A DNA stretch of 35,637 nucleotides from Armatimonadota bacterium (GCA_034722055.1 JAYENL010000248.1:33404-69040), one strand, 5' to 3'. Counted from the first letter of the stretch, positions 27,122-35,637 are shown. The notes: generated from the letters alone by a model not told the origin. A program made the numbers and translations.

Positions 27122-27895
27122 CTACGCAAGCGGGATTCTGAACAGCTCGCGGGCGTTCTCGGTAGTCGCGCTGGCCAGCTCCTCGAAGCTCAGGTCGCGA
27201 AGCTGGGCGATCCTCTCGGCCACGTACATGACCCAGGCGGGCTCGTTGCGCTTGCCGCGATACCTCTGCGGCGCCAGGTAGGGGCAGTCGGTCTCCACCA
27301 GCAGGCGGTCCAGCGGGACGTGCCCGGCGACCTGGCGCAGCGTCTCTGCGTTAGGGTAGGTGACCGGCCCGGCGATGCCGATGTGCAGTCCCAGGTCGAG
27401 CACCCGATCTGCGATCGCCATGTCCCCGGAGAAGCAGTGCATCACCCCGCGCAGCTCTCCGCCGCCCTCGCGTGCCAGGATCGCGACGGTACGCTCGTGC
27501 GCCTCGCGGCTGTGCACCACCAGCGGCAGGTCCAGGTCCAACGCCAGGTGGATCTGCTGCACGAAGGCCATCTCCTGGCGGTGGCGCGGTGACAGGTCGC
27601 GGTGGAAGTCCAGGCCCGTCTCGCCGATGGCCACGATGCCGGGCTGCTGCGCCAGCTCGGCCATCTCGGCGAGGACGTCCTCGGTGACCAGCTTCGCGTC
27701 ATGGGGATGGACGCCGACGGTGCCGACCACGCTCCGTGTCTGCCGCGTCATCTCGGCGACAGCGCGGCTCGACGCCGGGTCGGTGCCCACGGTGACGATG
27801 GCCTGCACCTGGGCCTCCTCGGCGCGGCGCAGCACCTCATCGAGGTCGGATCGCAGGCGCCTGTCAGTAAGATGTGCGTGGCTATCGATGAGCAT
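27122..27895 (-). CDS. tatD: TatD-family nuclease
   Basis: IDSHAHL, GVHPH, AIGETGLD, VHSREA, MHCFSG, LVETDCPYLAP, GKRNEP. Confidence 0.95.
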   Translation of the reverse strand: MLIDSHAHLTDRRLRSDLDEVLRRAEEAQVQAIVTVGTDPASSRAVAEMTRQTRSVVGTVGVHPHDAKLVTEDVLAEMAELAQQPGIVAIGETGLDFHRDLSPRHRQEMAFVQQIHLALDLDLPLVVHSREAHERTVAILAREGGGELRGVMHCFSGDMAIADRVLDLGLHIGIAGPVTYPNAETLRQVAGHVPLDRLLVETDCPYLAPQRYRGKRNEPAWVMYVAERIAQLRDLSFEELASATTENARELFRIPLA

Positions 27896-27983
27896 GGCGT
27901 GTTGAGTCCGTTGATTGGACTATGCGACTTGAGGTATACTTATTGTTAGGGTCGGACGTATACTCGGCCTCGGGGTGGAACCG

Positions 27984-28508
27984 ATGTCCGGTGTCGTGAT
28001 CGATGATCCGCTTGAGGTAGCGATCTGCCGCATCCTTGCCGTGGACGGTGCGGCTGGGGTCACTCGCCTCATGAAACTCCTATACCTCGCTGAGCTGGAA
28101 CACGTGCACCGGTCTGGGCGGCCTCTCACCGGGGCAGTATTCATCAACTACGACTACGGGCCCTTCTGTCGCAGCGCGTACGAAGCGATGGAGCGACTGG
28201 CCGCCCGGGGCGTCGTGCGGGAGGTCCGGCACATAACCCGCGGCGGGCACTTGTGCAGGCTACAGCACGCCGTCGCCGACAAGATGCAGTTGGTCGATCC
28301 CACATCCCACGCTCGCGATGTCATTGACCAGACCGTTAGGCGCTGGAGGGACGCCTCTCTCGATGAAGTGGTGGGCGAGGCGAAGGCCAGTGCCCCATTC
28401 CGCGAGTCATCCTACGGGGAAGAGCTGGACCTCGGCGCAGGAGCTCCACCGCCCTTCTCACGCCCCTCAGACATCGACCGCGACGCACTCCTACCGGACT
28501 TCATCTGA
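27984..28508 (+). CDS. Panacea-domain (DUF4065/SocA-like) antitoxin
   Basis: TRLMKLLYLAE...GRPLTG..FINYDYGPF signature. Start is ATG 27984 or GTG 27975. It lies directly upstream of a toxin gene. Confidence 0.85.
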   Translation: MSGVVIDDPLEVAICRILAVDGAAGVTRLMKLLYLAELEHVHRSGRPLTGAVFINYDYGPFCRSAYEAMERLAARGVVREVRHITRGGHLCRLQHAVADKMQLVDPTSHARDVIDQTVRRWRDASLDEVVGEAKASAPFRESSYGEELDLGAGAPPPFSRPSDIDRDALLPDFI

Positions 28509-28513
28509 TTGCC

Positions 28514-28996
28514 ATGTCGGAGGCCTGGACACCTGAGGATAGCTTCACCGCGGGCGACGTGTACTTCGTTGATCCTGCCACAGTCGTGATCACCTGCCCC
28601 AGTTGCGGCCACTTCAGCCCATATCACATTGAGCTGCCGGAACAGACGTGCAGCGAGTGTGGACGTCGCCTGCCAGTAGACGCTCGGCAGGCGGGCAAGA
28701 GGCCCTATGTTGTCATGGGCTCGCAGCCGGTCCTCGAGTGGGATAACACGGTTGTGGCCATACCCCTGACGACGCAGGAGGCCGCGATTACGAGGCCGTA
28801 CGCGGTTCAGATAGACCCAAGCGCGGAGAACGGCCTGAGCCGGGTCAGTTGGGCACTGCCGTCGAAGGTGCGGACTATCAACAAAACGAGCTTCTCCCGG
28901 GAAGGCCGCACAGGGCGGCTTTCCAATGCTGACCTGATCAGGCTCCAACGCGCGCTGGTCGCCGCGCTTTTCGATGAGCCGCCTGGCGCGCCCTGA
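28514..28996 (+). CDS. MazF/PemK-family endoribonuclease toxin with an inserted zinc ribbon
   Basis: GDVYFVD-[CPSC..CSEC insert]-QAGKRPYVV, VVAIPLTT, NGLSRVSWALPSKVRTINK, GRLS...LQRAL. Confidence 0.88.
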   Translation: MSEAWTPEDSFTAGDVYFVDPATVVITCPSCGHFSPYHIELPEQTCSECGRRLPVDARQAGKRPYVVMGSQPVLEWDNTVVAIPLTTQEAAITRPYAVQIDPSAENGLSRVSWALPSKVRTINKTSFSREGRTGRLSNADLIRLQRALVAALFDEPPGAP

Positions 28997-29016
28997 ACTG
29001 CGCATTCGGGATGGCT

Positions 29017-30072
29017 CTACTCCGCGCAGACCAGCCGCACGGCGGTTTCGGCCAGCTCCACGTCTCTGACAGCCGATGCGGCGGGGGAGACCGGCTCCTC
29101 CTCACCGCGCACTGAGGCCAGGAAATGCCTGGCCTGCTCCGCGAAGGCCCAGCCGGGCGGGGCCTCAGGCTCCAGGACGCGCGGGTCATCGCCCATCTCC
29201 TCGATGACCACCCGCGCGGCCGACTGCCGGCGCAGCGGCGGTGGGGGCTCAATCCGCACGACCGCCTGCTCGAAGAAGAGCTGCACGCCCTCGTACCACC
29301 GAGGCGCCGGAAGCTGGCCGATCTCGAAGACGCAGTTGACGCGCCCTTCCGACCAGCCCTGCATCACGAACGGGCGATCCATGCCCCGCCAGCCCACGTG
29401 CTCGAACTCGTAGTCCTGCTCGATGAGGAAGCGCACCAGGTTGGTGACGTGCGAGTCCACGTTCAGCACGCGCCCGTAGAGCGGCTGCAGGTCCTCCGGG
29501 ATCCACTCCGGCCATGGCCGCCGCGGCGAGACGTCCTCGGGCACCTCCTCGTCGGTGGTGATGGGCCCCTCGATGCCATACTGCCACTCGCCCCCGAAGT
29601 TCCACACCCGCGCCATGCCCGGCTCCCCGTAGCGGCCCGAGCTGACCGCCTCATCGATGATGCCCTTCGCCAGCCTGATGCCGGTGTCGTGGCGCTTCAT
29701 GTATCCCACCTGGTACACCAGGCCCCGCTGCTCCGCCAGGGCCGCCAGCTCCGCGCACTCATCGGAGGCCACGCCCATGGGCTTCTCGGTGATGACGTGC
29801 TTGCCCGCCTGCAGGAGATCCCGCACGACCGGGGGGACCAGAGCCTCGTGCATGATGGCGGCGACCGCCTCCACATCCGGATCGGCCGCCAGCTCGCGGT
29901 GGTCGCGGTAGGTCCGCTGCATGCGGTAGCGCTCGGCGACCCGCCGCCGAAGGGCCTCGCGCGGCTCGGCCAGAGCCAGCATCTCGGCCTCCTCCAGCCG
30001 CGCGTAGTTGGCGATATGCGCCACCTGGCCCATGTATCCTGCGCCGACGAAGCCCATCCTGACCGGAGTCAT
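29017..30072 (-). CDS. Gfo/Idh/MocA-family NAD(P)-dependent oxidoreductase
   Basis: GFVGAGYMGQVAH, GKHVITEKPM, QVGYMKRHD. Confidence 0.92.
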   Translation of the reverse strand: MTPVRMGFVGAGYMGQVAHIANYARLEEAEMLALAEPREALRRRVAERYRMQRTYRDHRELAADPDVEAVAAIMHEALVPPVVRDLLQAGKHVITEKPMGVASDECAELAALAEQRGLVYQVGYMKRHDTGIRLAKGIIDEAVSSGRYGEPGMARVWNFGGEWQYGIEGPITTDEEVPEDVSPRRPWPEWIPEDLQPLYGRVLNVDSHVTNLVRFLIEQDYEFEHVGWRGMDRPFVMQGWSEGRVNCVFEIGQLPAPRWYEGVQLFFEQAVVRIEPPPPLRRQSAARVVIEEMGDDPRVLEPEAPPGWAFAEQARHFLASVRGEEEPVSPAASAVRDVELAETAVRLVCAE

Positions 30073-30094
30073 GCTACGATCACCGCTCTTCGTG

Positions 30095-30907
30095 TCACGA
30101 ACCGAGCACCTCCTGCAGGTGCCTCATGCAGCTCCGGACCACCAGCGCGTGGTCCTGTCTCCAGTACTCCTCCCGGAACAGCTCCACGGAGACGAAGCCG
30201 TCGTACCCGACCGCCCGGAGCGCCTCCAGGTACTCGTCCAGCGGAATGGCGCCCAGGCCGGGGTAGAGGCGGTTGGCGTCGGTGAGCTGCTCGCGGGGCA
30301 GGTCCTCGGCATCGTTGATGTGCACAATCAGCAGCCGGTCCCGCGGAATGGCCGCGATCTGCTCCGCGGCCACGCCTGACTTGTAGTAGTGAAAGGTGTC
30401 CACCATGATGCCCAGCCCCGGATGGTCGGCGGCCTCCACGACCTCCAACGCGTCCTCGGGCCCGCCCATGAACTGCTGGCCGCCGATGGGCTCCAGAGCC
30501 AGCGTCAGGCCGCTGTCGGCGGCCGCGACTGCGTAGTGATGCGCCACCTCAGCCGCCCGGAGGATCGCCCCATCGCGAGAGACCTCCTCCGGCGGCTGCT
30601 CGGCGATGAAGCTCAGCAGCACCTCGCCGCCCAGCTCCCGGCAGATCGGCCCGTAGGTGCAGATGCGCTCGATCTGCTTGCCGGCCGCGTCGCTGAAGGG
30701 CTGGAAGGCGAAGGCCATGAGCCCGGCGCAGTCCACGCCGGACTCATCCAGCAGCGCGCGAAGGTCAGGGATGGAGCCGTCCTCGAGGAACTCGTCGAGC
30801 TTGCCGGTGTCGATTTCGATGCCCTCGAAGCCCACCTCCCCGCAGAGGCGGATGTCATCCTCCAGCGGTCGGCCGCGCGTCGTCGCAGTGTTAAGACACG
30901 TGCGCAT
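30095..30907 (-). CDS. Sugar phosphate isomerase/epimerase (xylose-isomerase-like TIM barrel, IolI-like)
   Basis: LALEPIG, MVDTFH, VHINDA, RLYPGLG, SVELF. Confidence 0.9.
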   Translation of the reverse strand: MRTCLNTATTRGRPLEDDIRLCGEVGFEGIEIDTGKLDEFLEDGSIPDLRALLDESGVDCAGLMAFAFQPFSDAAGKQIERICTYGPICRELGGEVLLSFIAEQPPEEVSRDGAILRAAEVAHHYAVAAADSGLTLALEPIGGQQFMGGPEDALEVVEAADHPGLGIMVDTFHYYKSGVAAEQIAAIPRDRLLIVHINDAEDLPREQLTDANRLYPGLGAIPLDEYLEALRAVGYDGFVSVELFREEYWRQDHALVVRSCMRHLQEVLGS

Positions 30908-30920
30908 CGTGCCACGCTCC

Positions 30921-31997
30921 TCACTCGGTCAATGAGGCCACGGTCTCGTCATCCAGCGTCTCGCACAAGGCGCAGGTCAGCCGCAGTGTGGTCTGATAGT
31001 CCGTGGCGCTGATGATCCCAGCATGGGTGTGGATGTGCCTGGTGGGGACCCCGAGGACGAGGCTGGGCACGCCGACGGAGTGCATGTGGATGCGGCCGGC
31101 ATCGGTCCCCCCGCGCTCAAGGACGGTGAGCTGGTACTCAAGGCCGCGCTCCTCGCACAGGTCGATGGCGAGGTCGCGGAGGCGGTGGTTGGGGATCGCC
31201 GAGCCCTCGAGCATGTAGAGGGTCACGCCCTCGCCGAGCTTGACGTCGGACTCGTCCTCGCTGATGCCCGGCACGTCCCCCGCGATGGCGGTCTCCAGCA
31301 CGATCCCGACGTCCGGGTCCACGGCATCGGCGGAGGTCTCCGCACCGCGCAGCCCCACCTCCTCCTGCACCGTGCCCACGCCGAAGAGCGTATTGGGATG
31401 GTCGCTGCCATGCAGCGCCTGGAGGGTCTCGATGGCGAGCGCCACGCCCACGCGGTCGTCCCAGCCCTTCGCCATGAGGCGGTCGCCGTCGGCGAGGACC
31501 TGGAAGGGCGAGTCCGGGACGATGGGGTCGCCGGGGCGGATGCCCATGCCCTCGGCGGCGTCCTCACGGTCTTTGGCGCCCACGTCGATGAACATATTCT
31601 TGCGCTGGACGACCTTCTTGCGCTCCTCCTCCTCGAGCAGATGCGGGGGCTTGGAGCCAATGAGGCCGCTGACGGGGCCCTTGGAGGTCTCGATGACCAC
31701 GCGCTGTGCCAGCAGCACCTGCTCCCACCACCCGCCCAACTGCGAGAACTTGACGAACCCGTCCTCGGTGATCAGCTTCACCATGAAGCCGATCTCGTCC
31801 ATGTGGCCGGCGAGCATGATGCGGGGCCTCTCGGCGGCGCCATCCACGCGGGCGATGAGGCTGCCGAGCCTGTCGGAGCTGATCTCGGCGATCTCTTCCA
31901 GGTGCTGGCGCATGATGGCGGCGATGCGGCTCTCGAAGCCCGGAACGCCGTTCGTCTCGGTAAGCGTCCGCAGCAGATCCACGCTTGCCTGCTTCAT
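30921..31997 (-). CDS. M42-family aminopeptidase (TET/YsdC/FrvX-like)
   Basis: AGHMDEIG, WDDRVG, QEEVGLRGA, GGTDAG, RHIHT. Confidence 0.93.
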   Translation of the reverse strand: MKQASVDLLRTLTETNGVPGFESRIAAIMRQHLEEIAEISSDRLGSLIARVDGAAERPRIMLAGHMDEIGFMVKLITEDGFVKFSQLGGWWEQVLLAQRVVIETSKGPVSGLIGSKPPHLLEEEERKKVVQRKNMFIDVGAKDREDAAEGMGIRPGDPIVPDSPFQVLADGDRLMAKGWDDRVGVALAIETLQALHGSDHPNTLFGVGTVQEEVGLRGAETSADAVDPDVGIVLETAIAGDVPGISEDESDVKLGEGVTLYMLEGSAIPNHRLRDLAIDLCEERGLEYQLTVLERGGTDAGRIHMHSVGVPSLVLGVPTRHIHTHAGIISATDYQTTLRLTCALCETLDDETVASLTE

Positions 31998-32105
31998 GAC
32001 GACCTCCCTTACGAGTCTGAGGGGCCCGGTCGGACCCAGCAGTGAGTAGCAGAAGTTCGCGTATCATGCGGCGTCACGGTGGTGCGTCTGCTCAGGTGCC
32101 GTTAA

Positions 32106-32183
32106 GTAGTGCAGGCGCCCTCGCCTGCACGCCGTTCAGGCCCTGGGTAGAGCTACGTCCTGGCGGAGATGCTTTGCATCTCA
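32106..32183. repeat. GTAG-initiated REP-like hairpin (32106-32130) and GAGATGC-TTT-GCATCTC hairpin (32166-32182)
   Basis: GTAG-TGCAGGCG-CCCT-CGCCTGCAC, plus a 19-bp identity with 2059-2077. Confidence 0.75.
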
Positions 32184-32301
32184 GGTGGAACCCCTCGGCC
32201 TCCTCGCCACCACACGTGCACTTGCGCAAGTTATCAGTAGCGAGCCTGCGGACAATTCGTCCCCGGGCTCGAGCCCTCCTGCTGCCGATGGGCGCCGGCG
32301 G

Positions 32302-33819
32302 TCAGCTTCGGGAGCGGTCGCGCAGAAGGGCCAGCAGTTCGCGGCCGATCCCCGTGCGGCGATGCGCGTACAGCAGGCAGGGAGAGCCGAGGGCCAGGAA
32401 GACCAGCACGCGCAGCAGGGCGCCGGGGACCGAGGCCTCCGGCAGGCCGCCGGCAAGCTGCCCCGCCGCCCCCAGCGCGCCGGCAACCCACACCGTGGGG
32501 GCGATGGCAAGGGCCAGCTCCCGGACGAGCTGCTCCCGGCGGTCGATGATCTCCTGGAGCTGCACCGCCAGCGACAGCAGCGCCGCGACGGTGAAGCCGG
32601 TGCAGGCGACCAGAGCAACGCTGCTCAGCGCGGCTTCATGGGTCACCAGATACAGCGTACCCCCGCCCGCCACCAGCGCGCCGGCCATCTTGGTGGCGAT
32701 CACCACCGGCTCCCGGTCATTTGCCACCAGCGCCGCGTTGCTGGCCAGGGGCAGCGCGAGGAAGGTGGCACCCAGGCTGAGCACCTGCGCGGCGGGCACG
32801 GAGAGCGCGAATCTGGGGACCAGCAGGTTCACCGCCGCGGGCATCAGCAGCCACGCCGTGCCGCCGATCACCGGCATGACCGAGGCGAGGGCGATGGTCG
32901 GCAGCAGGACGCGCCGGCTCCGACGCTCACCATCGGCCTCAGCACCGTAGGACTCGAGAACCTTGGGCCAGATGACGAAGCCGGCCGCCTGGGGCAGGGC
33001 GAACAGGTAGGCCGCCATCTGCATGGCGACTGTGTAGAGGCCGAACCGCTCCTCGCCGTAGAAGTGCACCAGCACCGCGCCGTCGATGGAGCGCAGCAGT
33101 ATGTCGGCGAAGGAGATGAGGGCCACCGGGAAGCCGATCAGCAGCAGCCCCCAGACCTGCTGCCAGTCCACCTTCGCGGAGACTCTGATGCGAGAGGCGA
33201 GGTCCAGGAAGCCCAGCAGGATCAGCGCCGCCGCCAGCCAGCCCAGCATCACCCCCGTGACGCCCAGCAGCCAGGCCCCGAGGATCATCAGACCGAGCTG
33301 GGCGAAGGTGCGCACCAGCTCTCCGATCGCCAGCGTCCCGAAGGACTCCCACGAGCGCAGCACCGACCAGTAGAGCGCCACCATCTCCTCGGCCGCCAGC
33401 AGCCCCCCGCCGATGGCCAGGGCCACCCGCGTCTCGAACTGATGTGGGGACAGCCACAGGGCGTAGGCCACCATCCCCAGGCCGGCCAGCAGCGAGACGA
33501 CACCTACCGCCAGGTAGCCGGTGTCCTCGACCTGCGCCGCCCGCCCGGCGTCCTCGGCGCCGATGGCCAGCGGCAGCTCCTTGGAGACCCCGTGCCGCCA
33601 GCCGACGGAGAGGTTGGACAGATAGCCCTTGTACAGGCCCGCCAGGCGCTGGATGCCGCGGCCGCGCGGCCCGATGAGCCGCATGACGATGATGGAGCGC
33701 ACCAGCCCGGCCACCAGGGCCACGTAGGAGCTCCCGCCGATGAGGGTGACGGCGGTGGTGGCCCGCAGCTTGCGCTGCGGCTGCCTGTCCTGGAAGCGCT
33801 CCTCGTCCCTGCCTGCCAT
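32302..33819 (-). CDS. Oligosaccharide flippase (Wzx/MOP superfamily)
   Basis: Many TM helices; RLIGPRGRG, LLIGFP..LISFADILLRSIDG...GEERFGLYTVA, WPKV. Confidence 0.85.
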   Translation of the reverse strand: MAGRDEERFQDRQPQRKLRATTAVTLIGGSSYVALVAGLVRSIIVMRLIGPRGRGIQRLAGLYKGYLSNLSVGWRHGVSKELPLAIGAEDAGRAAQVEDTGYLAVGVVSLLAGLGMVAYALWLSPHQFETRVALAIGGGLLAAEEMVALYWSVLRSWESFGTLAIGELVRTFAQLGLMILGAWLLGVTGVMLGWLAAALILLGFLDLASRIRVSAKVDWQQVWGLLLIGFPVALISFADILLRSIDGAVLVHFYGEERFGLYTVAMQMAAYLFALPQAAGFVIWPKVLESYGAEADGERRSRRVLLPTIALASVMPVIGGTAWLLMPAAVNLLVPRFALSVPAAQVLSLGATFLALPLASNAALVANDREPVVIATKMAGALVAGGGTLYLVTHEAALSSVALVACTGFTVAALLSLAVQLQEIIDRREQLVRELALAIAPTVWVAGALGAAGQLAGGLPEASVPGALLRVLVFLALGSPCLLYAHRRTGIGRELLALLRDRSRS

Positions 33820-33834
33820 GGCGTCCGCTCGCGG

Positions 33835-34971
33835 TCACGGCCGCGAGGACCGCACCCTCCGCCAGACCGAGTCCTGGTAGACGTCCTGCTCCCGTACCAC
33901 GCCCAGCGGCCCCCACGACGGGCGCATGTCAACGAGCTCGAAGTTGCTCAGCCCCTCCCGGTAGTCCTCCAGCGTGACGGGCTCCATGACTCCGAGCTCA
34001 CCGGGCGCGCTGGCGCGCGGCTTGCCGGAGAACTGCTGATGCAGAAAGACGTGATACGCCTGCTGATTCACCACCCCAAGGTAGTTCGCCACCACGTGCG
34101 GCTCCATCTCCTGGAAGCTGGCGGCGTTCCAGAACAGGTCGATGTCCAGGTCCCGCAGCAGCGGGAACTTCCACGTGGGGAGTATGAAGATGCGGCCCGC
34201 AGCAAGCTCCCTGAGGTCCTCAAGGCTCTGGACCTCACGCGTCTGTCGGTACGGGACCACATCATCGCCGAAGACGGCCTGCAGGAACTGCTGGGCGACA
34301 TAGAGCTGAGGCGGAATGTCGAAGGCCAGGAAGACCATGGACGGGTGCAGCTTCCGTATGACCTCGATCTGCCGACCGGCCCCGCAGCCCAGCTCGACAT
34401 ACACCCGAACCTCATCCAGATCGACATGGCGGCAGCAGGCGACGTAGCGCAGGTAATAGTGCAGCATCTTCATCGTGTAGGGCCGGCCATCGATCTCGAA
34501 CACCCCGTCAGGGTTGCCGGCCAGGGAGGCTTCGAACTCACTGAGCGGCTTTGCGCCCGCCTCGTCGGCCCGGATTCGGCAGTTCTCCGCGGCCAACTGC
34601 TGCAACTGCCGTGGCGAGAGCCCCCAGGGCAGATCGAGTGGCAGCAGGCGCGTCAGTATGCCGTCAATCGCCCGAGCCAGCGTGATGGGCCACGTGACTC
34701 GCAGGCCGGTACGGTTCCTGACGGCCCAGCACATGTTCCGAACCCGGCGCGTGAAGGCTACCCCGCCGGGCAGCCACGGATCGGTCGCCCCTGTGGCGGC
34801 CAGCGCTGACAGCTCGCGCCGGCGGAAGTCATGCAGCCCCAGCGCCCGCACCTCAGGCAGGATCGATCGCTGGTAGACCGCCCAGTAGTTTGTGGGGCGA
34901 TACAGAGCATCCGCCTCCTGCATGTCGGCCATCATCAGTTCGAGGAGCTCCGGATCGTCCCGGACCCGCAT
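33835..34971 (-). CDS. Putative sugar O-methyltransferase (class I SAM-dependent)
   Basis: YRPTNYW, VELGCGAGRQ (SAM motif I), FDIPPQL, NAASFQEMEP. SD GGAGG 7 nt before ATG 34971. Confidence 0.8.
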   Translation of the reverse strand: MRVRDDPELLELMMADMQEADALYRPTNYWAVYQRSILPEVRALGLHDFRRRELSALAATGATDPWLPGGVAFTRRVRNMCWAVRNRTGLRVTWPITLARAIDGILTRLLPLDLPWGLSPRQLQQLAAENCRIRADEAGAKPLSEFEASLAGNPDGVFEIDGRPYTMKMLHYYLRYVACCRHVDLDEVRVYVELGCGAGRQIEVIRKLHPSMVFLAFDIPPQLYVAQQFLQAVFGDDVVPYRQTREVQSLEDLRELAAGRIFILPTWKFPLLRDLDIDLFWNAASFQEMEPHVVANYLGVVNQQAYHVFLHQQFSGKPRASAPGELGVMEPVTLEDYREGLSNFELVDMRPSWGPLGVVREQDVYQDSVWRRVRSSRP

Positions 34972-35088
34972 GTTCATGCCTCCGTGGGCGACGGCCCCGG
35001 CTCCACGAGCGGATCGCCAAGGCCCAGGGCAGAACCGCGTCCTGCCACCGGCGGATGCGGCGGACACTCGCAGGATTGGGTGGCAGCG

Positions 35089-35427
35089 TCAAACTGCGCC
35101 GTGGGCGTAGATGACCATCACGGGCTCATCGGTGGTACACCGCCCCCCGTGCGCGGTGCCCGGAGGGATATAGACCGCAGTCCCCGGCCGGAGAGCGACA
35201 ATCTCGTCTCCCACGCGCAGCTCACCCTCGCCGGAGACCACGTAGAGGGCCTCCTGATCATCGTGGACCTGGGGCTCGCCGAACTCCTCGGCGGTGTAGT
35301 ACGCCACGCCGAGGTTGAAGCCGGAGGTGGTGGAGATGGCATCGGTGCCGATGAGGTCGATGGAGCGGCGGTCATCGAAGTGCGAGACCTCGCACTCGTC
35401 CAGGTGCGTCCACGCCGCGTTACTCAT
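35089..35427 (-). CDS. Cupin-domain protein
   Basis: QVHDDQEALYVVSGEG...LRPGTAVYIPPGTAH. SD GAGGAG. Confidence 0.9.
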   Translation of the reverse strand: MSNAAWTHLDECEVSHFDDRRSIDLIGTDAISTTSGFNLGVAYYTAEEFGEPQVHDDQEALYVVSGEGELRVGDEIVALRPGTAVYIPPGTAHGGRCTTDEPVMVIYAHGAV

Positions 35428-35462
35428 GCTCTCAGCTCCTCTGCGCTGCCGACGGTCGCTGC

Positions 35463-35471
35463 ATTATATCA
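35463..35471 (-). promoter_or_regulatory. Consensus extended -10 promoter for the cupin gene (possibly the whole cupin-methyltransferase-flippase cluster)
   Basis: Minus strand TGA-TATAAT, 35 nt upstream of the cupin start. Confidence 0.65.
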
Positions 35472-35501
35472 TACGATGACTCAGCAGCGAACGCGGGCAA
35501 C

Positions 35502-35530
35502 GGCGCAGGGGTCCCTCCTGCGCCCCCCAC
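35502..35530 (-). repeat. REP-like hairpin, apparent target of the intron
   Basis: GGCGCAGG-ggtccct-CCTGCGCC followed by ccCCAC, which reads GTGG-gg-hairpin on the minus strand. Confidence 0.6.
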
Positions 35531-35532
35531 GC

Positions 35533-35637
35533 GTGTGCCGGGCATGTTCGACAGTCGGGAGGTGCAAGTCCTCTACCCAGCCAGATGGAGGCGAAGGGTG
35601 AGCGAAGCGCAGGGGCGTCATCGCGAGGTGCCGTCTG
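35533..35637 (+). mobile_element. 5' end (domain I) of a class IIC group II intron, truncated by the window edge
   Basis: Starts GTGTGCCGGGCATG, then CAGTC, GAGG-TGCAAGT-CCTC (T-loop hairpin), ACCC..GGGT and AGC..CGCAGGGGCGTCATC-GCGA-GGTG..TCTG. This is collinear with the IIC domain I pattern as I recall it from the O. iheyensis intron, and it follows a stem-loop. Confidence 0.82.

Noticed and set aside
27122..27895. TatD as part of a defence system with the TA pair
   Set aside because: It has canonical housekeeping TatD motifs and host-like codon usage, is divergently oriented, and has no Qat-like partner genes.
32185..34809. 874-aa plus-strand ORF
   Set aside because: It is an antisense shadow of the flippase and methyltransferase genes with no motifs.

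Overview
This is a high-GC bacterial window. Its gene content (a DUF1559/H-X9-DG pseudopilin-like gene, UroD-like and DUF3604-like hydrolase genes) suggests an Armatimonadota/PVC-like organism, which is an inference. From the left it carries: the 3' part of a DinG helicase; a ~940 bp mosaic of repeats; a PaaI thioesterase, RqcH, a metallophosphoesterase and an M48 protease; an ECF sigma/membrane-partner pair; a tandem array of three related uncharacterised membrane-protein genes, the last fused out of frame onto half an MFS gene; a long carbohydrate-metabolism region (12-31 kb); TatD; a Panacea-antitoxin/MazF-like toxin pair; an M42 peptidase; and a cupin-O-methyltransferase-flippase cluster. 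The window ends inside what looks like domain I of a class IIC group II intron. Four things stand out. (1) The MazF/PemK toxin has a CxxC...CxxC zinc ribbon inserted in its first loop and is paired with a Panacea antitoxin. (2) The IIC intron sits just behind a REP-like hairpin rather than a U-tailed terminator. (3) Several intergenic REP/REPIN-like families are present, one with fully covarying stems. (4) The membrane-paralog array shows a 77-bp tract of perfect identity and a deletion junction. Family assignments come from motif recognition only; no database searches were run.
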